A DNA stretch of 64,000 bases from an uncultured Gemmatimonadales bacterium (GCA_963796335.1 CAWCLG010000006.1:950939-1014938), one strand, 5' to 3'. Counted from the first letter of the stretch, positions 1-10,284 are shown. Notes: generated by a model from the letters alone, not told the origin. Numbers and translations are program-made.

Positions 1-2335
1 TGCCTCGCAGGTAGGCGCCCAGCAACTCCGCAGGGAACTCCTGCCAGGAGAGGTACACCGACTCCGGGGACCTGGGCACCGTGAACGGCTGATCCAGTCT
101 ATGGCGGAGGTCAATGACCGCGGCGGTATCGAGCGGGAGGAACGGCGACGCGGTGAGTAGCGCCCGGTGGGCCAGCGCCGTGCCGGGGGAAAGCGCCGAT
201 GCTGCCGCCAGCTCGCGTTTCGCCGCCGCCCACTGCCCCCGTGCCAGCGCCAGTTCGGCGAGCGTGAGTCGCCCTCGTACCTGCGTCTCGCGTGGACGGG
301 ACGGGTCCAGCAGCATCCGCGCGAGCGCCTCCGCAACCGCGAAGTCGCGGAGATACACGGCCGCGCGCTCCGCCGCCGTGTAAACCACGACGTCCGGCTC
401 TGCCGCCAGCCGCGCCACGGCGCGCTCGATCGAGCCGGCCCCCCCAGACGTTCGGTAACGGAACACGTCCAGCCACGGCTCTCCCGCGGGCTCCGACACT
501 CGCCGGAGCAGCGAGTCCAGCTCGACGCGCTGTCCGCCGCTGGCCGACAACCCGCACCAAGTGGGAGACCGCCCTCCCGTTGGTCGGCTCGAAATCGAGC
601 ACCCGGGCGAATGGAGCGCCTGCCTCGGCGATGGATCGTCCGCGGAACGGATTCCCGTGGAACAGCACTTCGCCGAGTTGGAACCAGGCCTCCACGTCCG
701 TCGGGTAGGCGGCGAGGATGGCGCGGTATTGTTGCTCGGCATTGTCCGCATCGCCGCGGCGCCAGGCGAAATACGCCCTGAGGAGCGCCCGCTCGCGCTG
801 AGGCAACCGCTGCTGGTGCCTGACCGCTTGTTCGGCTGCGACGGGCGAGAGGTCGGTCATCGAGGCCCAGTCCGCCGCCAGGCTCAGCCGGTAGTAGGCC
901 AGCGCAAACGAGGAGTCCTCCGCCACCGCACGCTGATAGGCCGCCACCGCATCGGCATAGCGCCCGTCCAGGAACAGACCCTCGCCTGCGGCGAAGGCCT
1001 TGAACGCCGTCAGCGAGGCAGTCGCCGCGGCGCTCCGGAGCAGCCGCCGCTGCCCCTCCGGCCGAAGTTGCACCAGCAGCTCGGCGGTCAGCCGGTCGGC
1101 CAGGAGAAAAATGGAGGCCGGATCCCCGTTCGCCTCGGCCGTTGCCCATGGAGCCTCACCGCTCCCACTGGTCGGATAAGCCGAGGCGAGCAGGCGGAAG
1201 ACTCTTGGGTGCTTCTACCATGGCCCCACGAATGACCAGGTCTGCACCCATCCGGGCCGCCACGCTGCGTACTCCGGCAGAATCTTCAGCCGGCATACCA
1301 CCAAGCGCGGCTCCCGCGGCCCGGGGGTCCATCACTCTGATGCCGTCCACGCCCTCCAGCCCGCGTTGCACTAACTCGCGCAGGCCTTCCCGCAGCTCGC
1401 CATGTGGCCCGGCGCCTCGGTACTCAAAGGGCAATACCAGTACCATCATGGGCGAGACAGGAACCGGTGCCGGGGCGCTGCCACGTCGTGGTAGCACGAG
1501 GAGCGTGGCTAGTGAGACCGCCATGACGGCTGCCAGGACAAGACCCGTCGTTCGGCGGCGCGAGAGCGCCGGCACCTGGATCGGTGTCTCAGATGGCGCC
1601 GCTGCTTCCTGACGGACGGTGGACGGTGGCGCGGTGGCCGGCACTGCGCGCCGAAGCTTCTCTTCCAGCGCGGCCACAGCAGGGTCCGGATCGATGTGCA
1701 GCTCGCGCCGGACCAGCGCCGCGTGCTCTCGCGCCACCCGTAGCGCGGCAGGCGCTTGCGAGCCGGCGGCCAGCGCGCCCATCAAGCCGACCGCCGCCGT
1801 CGAATCCAGGGGATCAGCATCCAGCAGCCGGCGCCACCACCCTGCCGCGGTCGTTGGCGCCCCTTCCGCACGGACCGCGAGCTGCCGCAGAGAGTCGCGA
1901 TGAGCCCGAGCCAGCGACCCCGCTCGCTCAGTCTCCAACCACTCTTCGAAAGGGCCGGCATCAGGAAGGAAGAGCCCGTCAAGGGGTGTTCCGGTACAGC
2001 CCTACAGCTTCCTCCAGATCCCGTCGCTCCAACGCCCTTCTGAACAGGGGGAGGTCGGCAATTATTGCCGCCTCGTCCAATGCGAGGGTTTGGGATCCAA
2101 TGACGATGCGGGCCTCCCCGGTGTCCCGGCGGAGGGCGTAAACGGTCTGCTTCAGCGCGCCCCTGGCGCGTGCGTCGTCGAACTCGGGCCAGAGCAGAGC
2201 AAGGACGCGGTCACGGCTGACTCCCGTTGCCCGTGGCCCGCCAGCAGAGCGAGCAACGCCAGGGGCTTGCGCTGAGCCGCGGCACCCTGGACAGAGTGTT
2301 AGCCCCTCGTCAGGGCGGGGGTTCCGAGGGTTAAG
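1..2335 (-). pseudogene. SARP/BTAD-type regulator with TM + TolB-like + TPR sensor region, broken by several frame changes; C-terminus lies beyond the left edge
   Basis: Minus-strand translation runs through successive frames. First LRLLTLGTPALTRG, then an in-frame TAA near 2299, then RDRVLALLWPEFDDARARGALKQTVYALRRD (winged helix). Next LDGLFLPDAGPFEEWLETERA joins ORF 1156..1938 (BTAD, TM AAVMAVSLATLLVL, VLPFEY module). A shift near 1190 leads into the frame of ORF 111..1073, whose first ~165 aa are TPR-like. A further shift near 555 leads to GGQRVELDSLLRRVSEPAGEPWLDVF..., which stays open to position 1. Confidence 0.6.
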
Positions 2336-2456
2336 AGTCGAAGCGGGGCGGAAATTTGGATCTGACTGCGGTATGACCGGCGGCTGACCCCGCCGCGACA
2401 GATTCGTGGCCGCTCGGATCGCTCATACACCCGTCAACCGAAGAGAGGAGCCGACC

Positions 2457-2989
2457 ATGCGTAGATCATGGGCCTTCATCACCGCTTTCGCCATCCTCGG
2501 CCTCACTGGGGTCGCCGCAGTCACCGGTGCCGTGAGAACCGGGAACCTGGGTTTGCCGCAGCGCAAATCAGCGGCAGCGCGGAGGTGAAGTACCAGCGGC
2601 GCGACACACTGAGCGTGCCCGACGCCGCCGGGCACGAGCTGGCTGTCGGCCGAACCACGGGAAAGAACCGAAGCACCGGCAAGGAGGAGTTCATGGCGGA
2701 TGCCGACGTGGTGAACGTCGAGCTCACAGACCTGGTTCGCGGAACCGGCATCCACCAGGGTTACTACACGATGGGAAAGGGAGGCGACACCACGGTTGCC
2801 CAGTGGCAGGGCAAGGTGACGACCACGATGTCCGCCGACCAGCGCCCGATGACTTCGTTCAACGGGACCTGGAAGTACGTACACGGTGCTGGGCGGTACG
2901 CGGGTATCAAAGGCAGCGGGACCTACAAGGGACAGTTCGTCGCGGCCGACCGGTACGCCGTGACCTGGGAAGGGGGCTTTGGCGAGTGA
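2457..2989 (+). CDS. secreted hypothetical protein with one apparent frameshift near 2530-2555
   Basis: ATG 2457 follows AGAGAGGAG. The signal-like N-terminus MRRSWAFITAFAILGLTGVAAV lies in ORF 2406..2588. The body (AEVKYQRRD...GTWKYVHGAGRYAGIKGSGTYKG) lies in the frame of ORF 2468..2989. Confidence 0.5.
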
Positions 2990-3006
2990 GGAGAGGTTGA
3001 TGATGC

Positions 3007-3489
3007 GTGGCAGTGCTCATGCTGCAGACTGGCCGCGTGGCGTGGCCAGGTGACGGACCGATCGGTGGTGAGGTTGCCTCATCTGCCGCCACCTCAGAGG
3101 CCAACGCCGTCTTCGGGCTGAGCGGCTTCCAGGCTGTCATCCCGTCGGCCTATACCGACATCGTCGGAGTACGATACTGGGTGCTGGTAAGGCGGAACCA
3201 GAGTGCCTCTCTCAGGCTGATCTTTGGGGTGAACCGCCTCATGGGTCCCGGTTCGACGACGACGTACCTGCTGGAGTCTAACGTTTATTCCAGCCGGCTG
3301 ACCTATTCGGACGGTGGCTGCACCACCTGGCCCCTGCTGGGTACGTATCGGGAGGCTGAGGCGAGCCTTCGGCTCGCGATTCCTGACTACAACTACCATT
3401 TCGGGCTGACCCCCGGCATCACGACGGGAATCCTGACGCGCGAGCCCGTGGGCTACCCCGTGCAGACGTATCTGATCGACAACATTTGA
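3007..3489 (+). CDS. hypothetical protein (160 aa), no recognisable motif
   Basis: ORF track 3007..3489. The composition looks protein-like and not the R/G/P-rich type seen in GC-artefact ORFs. It lies in a visibly lower-GC patch. The start codon is uncertain (GTG 3007 or the internal ATG). Confidence 0.35.
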   Translation: MAVLMLQTGRVAWPGDGPIGGEVASSAATSEANAVFGLSGFQAVIPSAYTDIVGVRYWVLVRRNQSASLRLIFGVNRLMGPGSTTTYLLESNVYSSRLTYSDGGCTTWPLLGTYREAEASLRLAIPDYNYHFGLTPGITTGILTREPVGYPVQTYLIDNI

Positions 3490-3492
3490 AAC

Positions 3493-3983
3493 TTGTATAA
3501 GTCCGACGCGATTACCCAGCGATCACTGAACGGTCTGGTGGCTCTGGTGACGATCGAGCGGGGCGGGACCTTGACGAAGACCGGTCCGTATGCACGCTGC
3601 GGCCGTCCGCTTGAACCCGGGGTCTATCGGATCTGGACCATGCGGGTGAAGCTCCCGGATCGTCCAGCCTCGACTGTAAAGTTCGTGGTGCCGGATGCGA
3701 GCGGCAGGTTCGTGGCCCCTGGGAGACGTTGAACTTCTTCAGCGAGTTTTTGAACGGGGCGGGGGAGTTCACCGTGCAGTATTGGGACTTCGCGGTCAAA
3801 CGGGCGTCGGCGGCCGGCTGGAGCAGGCAGACCGACTTCAGCACCAGTTCGAATTACGATGGCGACGGCAGCAATTTCGGTGTACGCGTGGTAACCGTCG
3901 GAGGGCGGAAGCGGGTGGAATTAAGCAACCGTGCAGGCCTCTCGTATCTCGGCCTAAGTCAGGCATTTTCGCTGCGGAACTAG
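3493..3983 (+). CDS. hypothetical protein, either two coupled small ORFs (3493..3732 and 3729..3983, TTGA overlap) or one ~163-aa ORF split by a frameshift
   Basis: The first ORF ends ...GRFVAPGRR*. The adjacent frame reads PWETLNFFSEFLNGAGEFTVQYWDF across the junction at gcccctggg (3715-3723). The composition looks protein-like. Confidence 0.35.
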
Positions 3984-4176
3984 AGCTGCGGTAGTGCGGC
4001 TCTCGGGGCGGCCGGCGGCCCGCAGCCTCGGGGGGGCCGGCCGCTTCGTGGGCTTGTCCCAAGGCGCGGGAATTCCACCTACATTGTCACACCCCAGATC
4101 TATCCCTGCCGTTCCACAGCTGTCGCAAGCTGTGCCTGACGTGTTGTCCTTTCCTGGAGCTCAAAGGAGTCGTAGA

Positions 4177-4500
4177 ATGGCGCGCAAGCGAGGAAACGGT
4201 AGTCGTCCAAGCTCAGGGCTCCCCGGCGACCTCCTGGACGCCCCAATAGCAAACGAGCTCGACCTGCACGGTTACCGCTCGGTTGAGGTTCCACCCGCAC
4301 TCCGAGGATTTCTAACCAATTGGCAGAAGCGAGGCAGAAACCTCGTAGTCCATATCATTACGGGTCGGGCAAGCACTCGTCCAACGGCCCCGTGCTGCGA
4401 GGCCAGGTCGCCGGTCTTCTGCGCGGGGAGCTCAGGCCTCTCGTTGCCGACTGGACGCCGGACTATGACGATGCGGGGTTCATCATCAGGTTGCGTTAGC
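4177..4500 (+). CDS. Smr-domain protein (small MutS-related nuclease domain), one frameshift at the GGG run 4368-4370
   Basis: ATG 4177 follows AAAGGAG. The N-terminal part reads ELDLHGYRSVEVPPALRGFLTNWQKRGRNLVVHIITGR. With one extra G it continues as GKHSSNGPVLRGQVAGLLRGELRPLVADWTPDYDDAGFIIRLR*. The LDLHG and TGxG motifs are typical of Smr. Confidence 0.7.
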
Positions 4501-4714
4501 CCGTCAGCGGCATCCTCCGGTATCCTGGACGTCACCCGGCAGATCTTGCCGGTTTGGCGCACTCGTCTCGCCCTCGAGACATACACCGCGACTGTCACAC
4601 CGCCGCCCCAATTTGATGGCTGGACAAGGCACGGACGGAGAGGCATGCTTGGCTCTCCATCCTACACATCAATGCGGGACCCCTTTTCCCACGGACTCGT
4701 CGTCTTGGGAGCCT

Positions 4715-6243
4715 ATGCCCTCGCTTGCCCGCCTCACGCCGCTCCACGCCTTCATGGTCGCCATGACCCTCGGCGCCTGTGCGGGAACCACCACCCAGCT
4801 CGCTCCCGTGCCTCGCGAAGCCATCGAAGCCGAGGAGGAGAAGCAGCGCGGACTGGCCCTGGAGGACAACGAGCGCCAGCAGGCTCGGCTCGACAGCCTC
4901 GCCTATCCGATCCTTGCCCGCTCGACCTCGCTCTGTCCCGGTGCCACCGGTCCGCTGCTCGGACTGCGCCTGGCCACGATTCACAACTACGAGAAGGAAT
5001 GGCAGCCCGCCGCGGCCCGCGTCCTCGGCGTGAATGACACGCTCACCGTGGTCGGCGTGTTCCTGGCAGCCCCGCCTTCGCGGCCGGCCTCCGGCCCGGC
5101 GACCGGATCATGAGTCTCGGCAACACTGCCATTCCCTCGGGGCCAAAGAGCACCATTGAGTTCGCTAAGGCGCTGGAGGAACTCGCTGAGGTCCACACGA
5201 CCTCCACGACACAGATCTCCTATGTCAGAACCGGGGGTCGCCGTGCATCCGCCCTTACGTTGACTCCGGTCTGTGCCTACGGCACGGTGCTCCTCAATAC
5301 CGGTGAGCTCAATGCTTACGCAGACGGCGAGAGGATCTACCTGACCTCCGCTATGATGCGGTTCACCAGCGACGACGAGCTTCAGGTCGTGATCGCCCAC
5401 GAGCTTGCCCACAACGCCATGAACCACATCAAGGCCAGGAAAAAGAACGCGCTGCTCGGCGGTATCCTCGGCGCCATCGCCGACGTCTTCATGGCCACGC
5501 AGGGCGTGAACACCGGCGGGTACTACACCTCCCGCTACGCCAGCCTCGGCGCCCAAACCTTCTCCCAGGATTTCGAACGCGAAGCCGACTATGTCGGCAT
5601 GTATGCCCTCGCTCTCGCCGGCGGGCCGCTTGAAACGGCTCCCACGTTCTGGCGTTATATGGCCCAGGCTGACCCGAAGAGCATCCGGCTGGCGTTCACC
5701 CATCCCACGACCGCTGAGCGGTTCGTCCGGATGGAAAGGAGTCTCGCTGAGATCCGTGGCAAGCAGTCGCGACAGGTCGCGCTGCTGCCAGAGATGAAGG
5801 GAGAATCCAGGCCCGATGCTGCCGCCGCGGCTCAGTCGCTGCCTAACGTGTTCGCATCTGCGCCAGCCACCGTTCCGCCGGCTAGGCCTTCCGCGGCGAT
5901 CGCGGCGCCGACTACCCCGACGGTACCCGAGCCAGAGGCGGCGGCGTACGTCGATGGGAGCGAGGATCTGATGTCCTCGAACGAGAAGCTTCGCGAAGCT
6001 GTGGACGAGGCCATTGGGATGGGCATCATCGAGGACGTGCGGGAAGTCGAGCTTGGCCAGCTCAGTGCTATGACAGGTCCTAGGTTCGGGAGCGCCTTTA
6101 CCGACTACTATCTGGCCGGCGTCCTAACGGCCTACCTCGGCATCGGGGAAGCCGGGGCGATCGAGCTCTGGACCGGCCATGAGAAGCTCGGCGTCTACAC
6201 GGCCGGAGGGCTGACACGGGCTCATCCAGTGCCAGATCGATGA
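4715..6243 (+). CDS. M48-family zinc metallopeptidase lipoprotein with a PDZ-like insert, one frameshift at the CC run 5062-5063
   Basis: Lipoprotein signal MPSLARLTPLHAFMVAMTLGAC. The PDZ-like stretch VVGVFPGSPAFAAGLRPGDRIMSLG is restored by adding one C. HELAH (VIAHELAHNAMNH) and the downstream EREADYVG motif are present. This joins ORFs 4613..5113 and 5110..6243. Confidence 0.8.
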
Positions 6244-6489
6244 ATTCTCCGGGCTGTTCGCCGCCTTTGCCGTCACACCCCTCCAACATCTTGTGCGCGT
6301 CCCCTGATTGCACCCTTACGGGAGGCGCGGATGCGTTATTGCGTTGCATCACGGTGATGTCGCGCCAGCGGCGGCGACGGCGGGCACGAACCCGATGATC
6401 GTGCCGTCACCGGCCAGTGGAACGGCCCCATCAATACCAGCGGCGGCTCCGGCTCCCTGGCCCTCACCCTGAATGAGGCCGACGGCAAC

Positions 6490-6699
6490 GTGACTGGCAC
6501 CGGCACGCTCATCGTCCCCGGCGACGCCCTGGCCCTCACCGTGACCGGCAACTACGCCCCGCCAAACGTATCGCTACAGATGACGGCGTCGGGCTTCGAG
6601 CCGATGAACCTCTCGGGCACCTTGGGCGAGGACGAGATCGACGGCACCCTGAACGGTTCGGGCTTCGTCAATCTGGCGGTCACCCTGACCAGGCAGTGA
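6490..6699 (+). CDS. small hypothetical protein; the frame stays open upstream to about 6355
   Basis: ORF track 6490..6699. The upstream in-frame sequence reads DDRAVTGQWNGPINTSGGSGSLALTLNEADGNV with no ATG, so the true start is unresolved. Confidence 0.3.
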   Translation: MTGTGTLIVPGDALALTVTGNYAPPNVSLQMTASGFEPMNLSGTLGEDEIDGTLNGSGFVNLAVTLTRQ

Positions 6700-6856
6700 G
6701 TCGCCACTATCGCTGGGCCCCGGCCGCGCTTCTCCTGCTGATGGCCTGCACCGATCCCGGCGGGGCCGCCGATGCCCTACGCGACCTCGGTCTCGCGACC
6801 TTGTGCCCGGGCGGCGCAGTTCGCCACTTTCACCCACGCCTCCAGCTCGGCCGCCC

Positions 6857-7940
6857 ATGAACCCCCCAAGATCCAGCGCTGGATCGACCTCCTCGCCGCC
6901 CTCCTCGCGCCGCCGCTACCCGCGACCGTTCGAGGAGCTGATCCCCGACGTCCCCGCCTACGCCGCCGGCGACCAGTCGCACGAGACCCGCCGCCGGATG
7001 TTCGAGCGCGACAAGGACGAGCTCCGCGCCTTCGGCATCCCGATCGAGACGATCGACGCCGCCGAGCGAGGGCGAGCGCCAGGCTACCGGCTTCGGCCCC
7101 GCGACTTCTATCTGCCGTACCTCACCGCTCCGCGCCGACGGCCACGACCAAGGCGCCCCGGAAGATCGACAAGTACGGCTACGGCTCGCTCCCGACGCTC
7201 ACCTTCGAGCCCGAGGAGCTGGCCGCGATCGCCGAGGCCGCGGCGCGGGTCCGCGAGCTCGGCGACCCGCTGCTCGCCGAGCACGCCGAGTCGGCGATGC
7301 GGAAGCTGGCGTGCGATCTGCCGATGGACGCCGGCGACGCGCGCCGACGCCACGGGTGTCGCGCCCGCGCGGCCGCAGGCCGGCGCCGGAGGTGTTCGCC
7401 GGCGCTCGGCGAGGCGCTCGCAGCGGCCGGAAGCGGGTCACCTTCAGCTACCACACGATGGGGAGCGACGCCGACGGCCGAGCGCACCGTCGAGCCGTTC
7501 GGGCTCTTCTTCCTCAACCAGCACTGGTATCTGGCCGCGCGGCGCGCAGGGCGAGAGGCCGGTCAAGAACTACCGGCTGAGCCGGATCACCGACGCCGAG
7601 GTGAACGCGCGCCAGCCCGGCACCCCCGACTACGAGATCCCCGCCGGCTTCGACCTCCAGCGAGCACGCCCGCTCGCGCCAGGCCTGGGAGCTGGGCGAC
7701 GGCGACGCGGTCGACGGCCGTCGTCGCGCTCCGCAGCGCCGTCCGGCGCCGCCGCCGCCGCCGCACCGGCTGGGCGAGGCGGTCGAGGGCGACGCGCACC
7801 TGCCGCCGCTTCCGCGTCCGCCGGCGTGGACGCCTTCGCCCGCTGGCTCCTCTCCTTCGCCGGCGACCTCGACCCGGTCTCGCCCGCCGGCGTCGTGGAG
7901 GAATACCGCGGCCTGGTCCGCGAGACCCTCGCCACCACCA
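6857..7940 (+). pseudogene. WYL-domain transcriptional regulator (PafB/PafC-like), at least 6 frame changes
   Basis: ATG 6857 is followed by a C6 run (6862-6867). Segments in alternating frames read KIQRWIDLLAALL, RRYPRPFEELIPDVPAY...FERDKDELRAFGIPIE, YGSLPTLTFEPEELAAIAEAAARVRELGDPLL, RKRVTFSYHTMGSDADG, ERTVEPFGLFFLNQHWYLAAR, VKNYRLSRITDAEV and FARWLLSFAGDLDPVSPAGVVEEYRGLVRETL. Confidence 0.65.
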
Positions 7941-7944
7941 CTCC

Positions 7945-8914
7945 GCCTGACCGCCGACCGCCGCCGCAGCCAGCTCCGCGCGCGATCCTCCACCTCATCC
8001 CCCAGCTGGCCGACGGCGAGCCGCACTCGCTCGCCGAGGTCGCGCGCGAAGGCGGGCGTGGACCGAGCAGACGCGTGCTGCGCGACATCCAGTCGATCTC
8101 GCGAGCGGTTCGAGGCGCCGGGCGGCTTCGTCGAGGGGCTCCAGATCTACCTCGACGCCGACGGGCGTCTCGGTCCACTCGAACCACTTGCTCCGGCCGA
8201 TGCGGCTCACCCGCGGCGAGCTGCTGCGCGCTCGAGCTGGGGCTCACGATGCTCCGCCGGGAGCGTCCGCCGGAGGAGCACGGCGCGATCGACGCGCCGC
8301 TCGAGCGGCTTGCGGGAGGCGATCATCAGGCTGCCCGCGGAGGACGTCGGCGACGCGTTCAGCGCCTCGGCTGCCGGTTCCTCCGGGCGCCTGGATCATC
8401 TCCGGGCCATCCGCGAGGCCCAGCGCGAGCACCGGAAGGTGCGGCTCCACTATCGTCGAAGGGAACGAGCAGGAGGTCGTCGCACCGGATCATCTGCCCC
8501 CACGCGATCGTCTTCGCCACGGGATGTGGTTACGTGGTCGCCCACTGCGAGAGCAACGACGGGGTCCGGTTCTTCCGGCTCGACCGGATGGAGGACGTGC
8601 AGCCGCTGGAGGTCCGGTTTCAGCCTAGCCTCAGCCGGCGGTGGACGCCATCGTGCGGGACGGCCGATGCGTTTCAATCCGATGAGGCCGAGAAGCTGAC
8701 GATCAGGTACTCGCCACGGATCGCGCGCTGGATCGCGGAGCGGGAAGGGAAGACACTGGCGGCCGACGGCTCGCTGACGCTGGAACACCAGTTGGCGGAT
8801 ACCGATTGGGCCGTGCGGCACGTGCTCCAGTACGGACCTGATGCTGAGGTGATAGAGCCGGCGAGCGTCCGCCAGGCTGTGGTCGCACGGCTGAGGCAGA
8901 TCCGGAGCGGCTAA
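7945..8914 (+). pseudogene. second WYL-domain regulator (PafC-like partner), at least 5 frame changes
   Basis: Segments in alternating frames read ILHLIPQLADGEPHSLAEVAREGG, VLRDIQSIS, FEAPGGFVEGLQIYLDADGRL, LLRPMRLTRGELLRA, REAIIRLPAEDV...HLRAIREAQREHRKVRLHYRR and IICPHAIVFATGCGYVVAHCESNDGVRFFRLDRMEDVQPLEVRF. The last ~130 aa are clean and end at the stop 8912-8914. Confidence 0.65.
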
Positions 8915-9026
8915 GGCGATCGAGTCCGCGCCAACGTGCGGCAAGACGATCACACGGAAATCGGCGCTCCGTTGCACCATGGCGGATGCTCTCCCCTTGC
9001 CATCCTCCCGCCGCCGAGCCGATCAT

Positions 9027-9575
9027 ATGGGCATGGCCCTCCCCGTCTACTACACCGCCGACATGGTGCGCGCGCTCCCGGACGACGGCAGCCGCTACGA
9101 AGTGGTCTATGGCGAGCTGCTGGTGACCCCGGCGCCGCGCCCCTGGCACCAGATCCTCGTCAAACGCCTGAGCTACGCCCTCGAGAGCTATCTGCGGGAC
9201 CATCCCATCGGCGAGTTGCTCACTTCTCCGGCGGACATCTCCTGGGGACCGGACGTCCTGGTGCAACCGGACGTCTTCGTGGTACCCCCTGACGAGGCCC
9301 GCGCCCTCACTTGGAGCCGCATGCGGACCTTACTCCTCGTGGTCGAGGTGCTGAGCCCATCCTCCGCTCGGGCAGACCGCTTCACTAAGCGGCTCCGATA
9401 TCGAGAGGCCGGTGTTCCGCTCTATTGGGTGGTGGACGGAGACGACCGGTCGGTCGAAGTCTGGACGCCTGCGGCCGATTTTCCAGCGCTCGAGCGCGAT
9501 CGCCTGGCTTGGCATCCGACGGGCGCGCGCGAGCCTTTCACATTGAGTCTCGAGGAGCTGTTCCACCCGCTTTGA
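9027..9575 (+). CDS. Uma2-family (DUF820) restriction-endonuclease-fold protein
   Basis: Intact ORF. It reads MGMALPVYYTADMVRALPDDGSRYEVVYGELLVTPAP...PDVFVVP...LLVVEVLSPSSARADRFTKRLRYREAGVPLYWVVD. The D...EVxS...K nuclease core is typical of Uma2. Confidence 0.85.
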   Translation: MGMALPVYYTADMVRALPDDGSRYEVVYGELLVTPAPRPWHQILVKRLSYALESYLRDHPIGELLTSPADISWGPDVLVQPDVFVVPPDEARALTWSRMRTLLLVVEVLSPSSARADRFTKRLRYREAGVPLYWVVDGDDRSVEVWTPAADFPALERDRLAWHPTGAREPFTLSLEELFHPL

Positions 9576-9720
9576 TCCGCGCCCGCGCCTTGGCCACTCC
9601 CCCCTCTAAGCGCTGATTTCGCTCCGACGCGCGCGGCGCCGATACCCGCACCGGAGCTCTCGCCGCGCATGCTGGCCTCGTGCTGCCGGCTTGCCAATCC
9701 CCAGCGCCGAGCCGAACCTT

Positions 9721-10284
9721 ATGGCCATGCCGAACACGCTCTCGCCGATCTACTGGACCGCTGACATGGCGCGCAGCCTGCCCGACGACGGCAAGCGCTA
9801 CGAAGTGGTCCACGGCGAGTTGCTGGTGACGCCCGCGCCGCGGCTGTGGCATCAGCGGCTCGTGGTTCGCCTGGCCTTCGCTCTCCAGCAGTACCTCACT
9901 CAGCGGCCCGGATGTGGCGAGATTCTCATTGCCCCTGCCGACATCTCCTGGGGAGAGGATGTGCTGGTCCAGCCGGATGTCTTCGTGGTGCCCGTGATGC
10001 AGACGCGCGCCGGAGAGTGGGATGCGATCCGAAACCTGTTGCTGGTGGCGGAGGTGCTGAGCCCCTCCACCTCCCGCCACGACCGGTTCACCAAGCGGCG
10101 GCGGTACCAGGAGGCAGGCGTACCGCTGTACTGGATCGTGGACGGCGAGGCGAGGCAGGCAGAGATCTGGACGCCGGATGCTGTCTTTCCTCGAATCGAG
10201 CGCCACCGCCTGGTGTGGCATCCGGAAGTGCCCGGCGCGCCTTTCACCCTCTCACTCAAGGAGTTGTTCAGGCCCGTGGAGTGA
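9721..10284 (+). CDS. Uma2-family endonuclease, tandem paralog
   Basis: MAMPNTLSPIYWTADMARSLPDDGKRYEVVHGELLVTPAP...LLVAEVLSPSTSRHDRFTKRRRYQEAGVPLYWIVD. It has the same architecture and the same 5' leader as 9027..9575. Confidence 0.85.
   Translation: MAMPNTLSPIYWTADMARSLPDDGKRYEVVHGELLVTPAPRLWHQRLVVRLAFALQQYLTQRPGCGEILIAPADISWGEDVLVQPDVFVVPVMQTRAGEWDAIRNLLLVAEVLSPSTSRHDRFTKRRRYQEAGVPLYWIVDGEARQAEIWTPDAVFPRIERHRLVWHPEVPGAPFTLSLKELFRPVE

Noticed and set aside
3994-5037. A 347-aa ORF from the track
   Set aside because: It is a chimera. It begins with a non-coding-looking leader, contains the true Smr N-terminus (from ATG 4177), and after the GGG-run frameshift reads out of frame across the start of the M48 gene.
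6697-6858. A GTG-initiated ORF with a lipobox-like N-terminus (RHYRWAPAALLLLMACTDPGG)
   Set aside because: It is only about 53 codons long. The remainder (ALRDLGLATLCPGGAVRHFHPRLQLGRP) has no protein-like features and runs into the WYL start. It could be a fragment in this frame-broken region, but it is not supportable as a gene.
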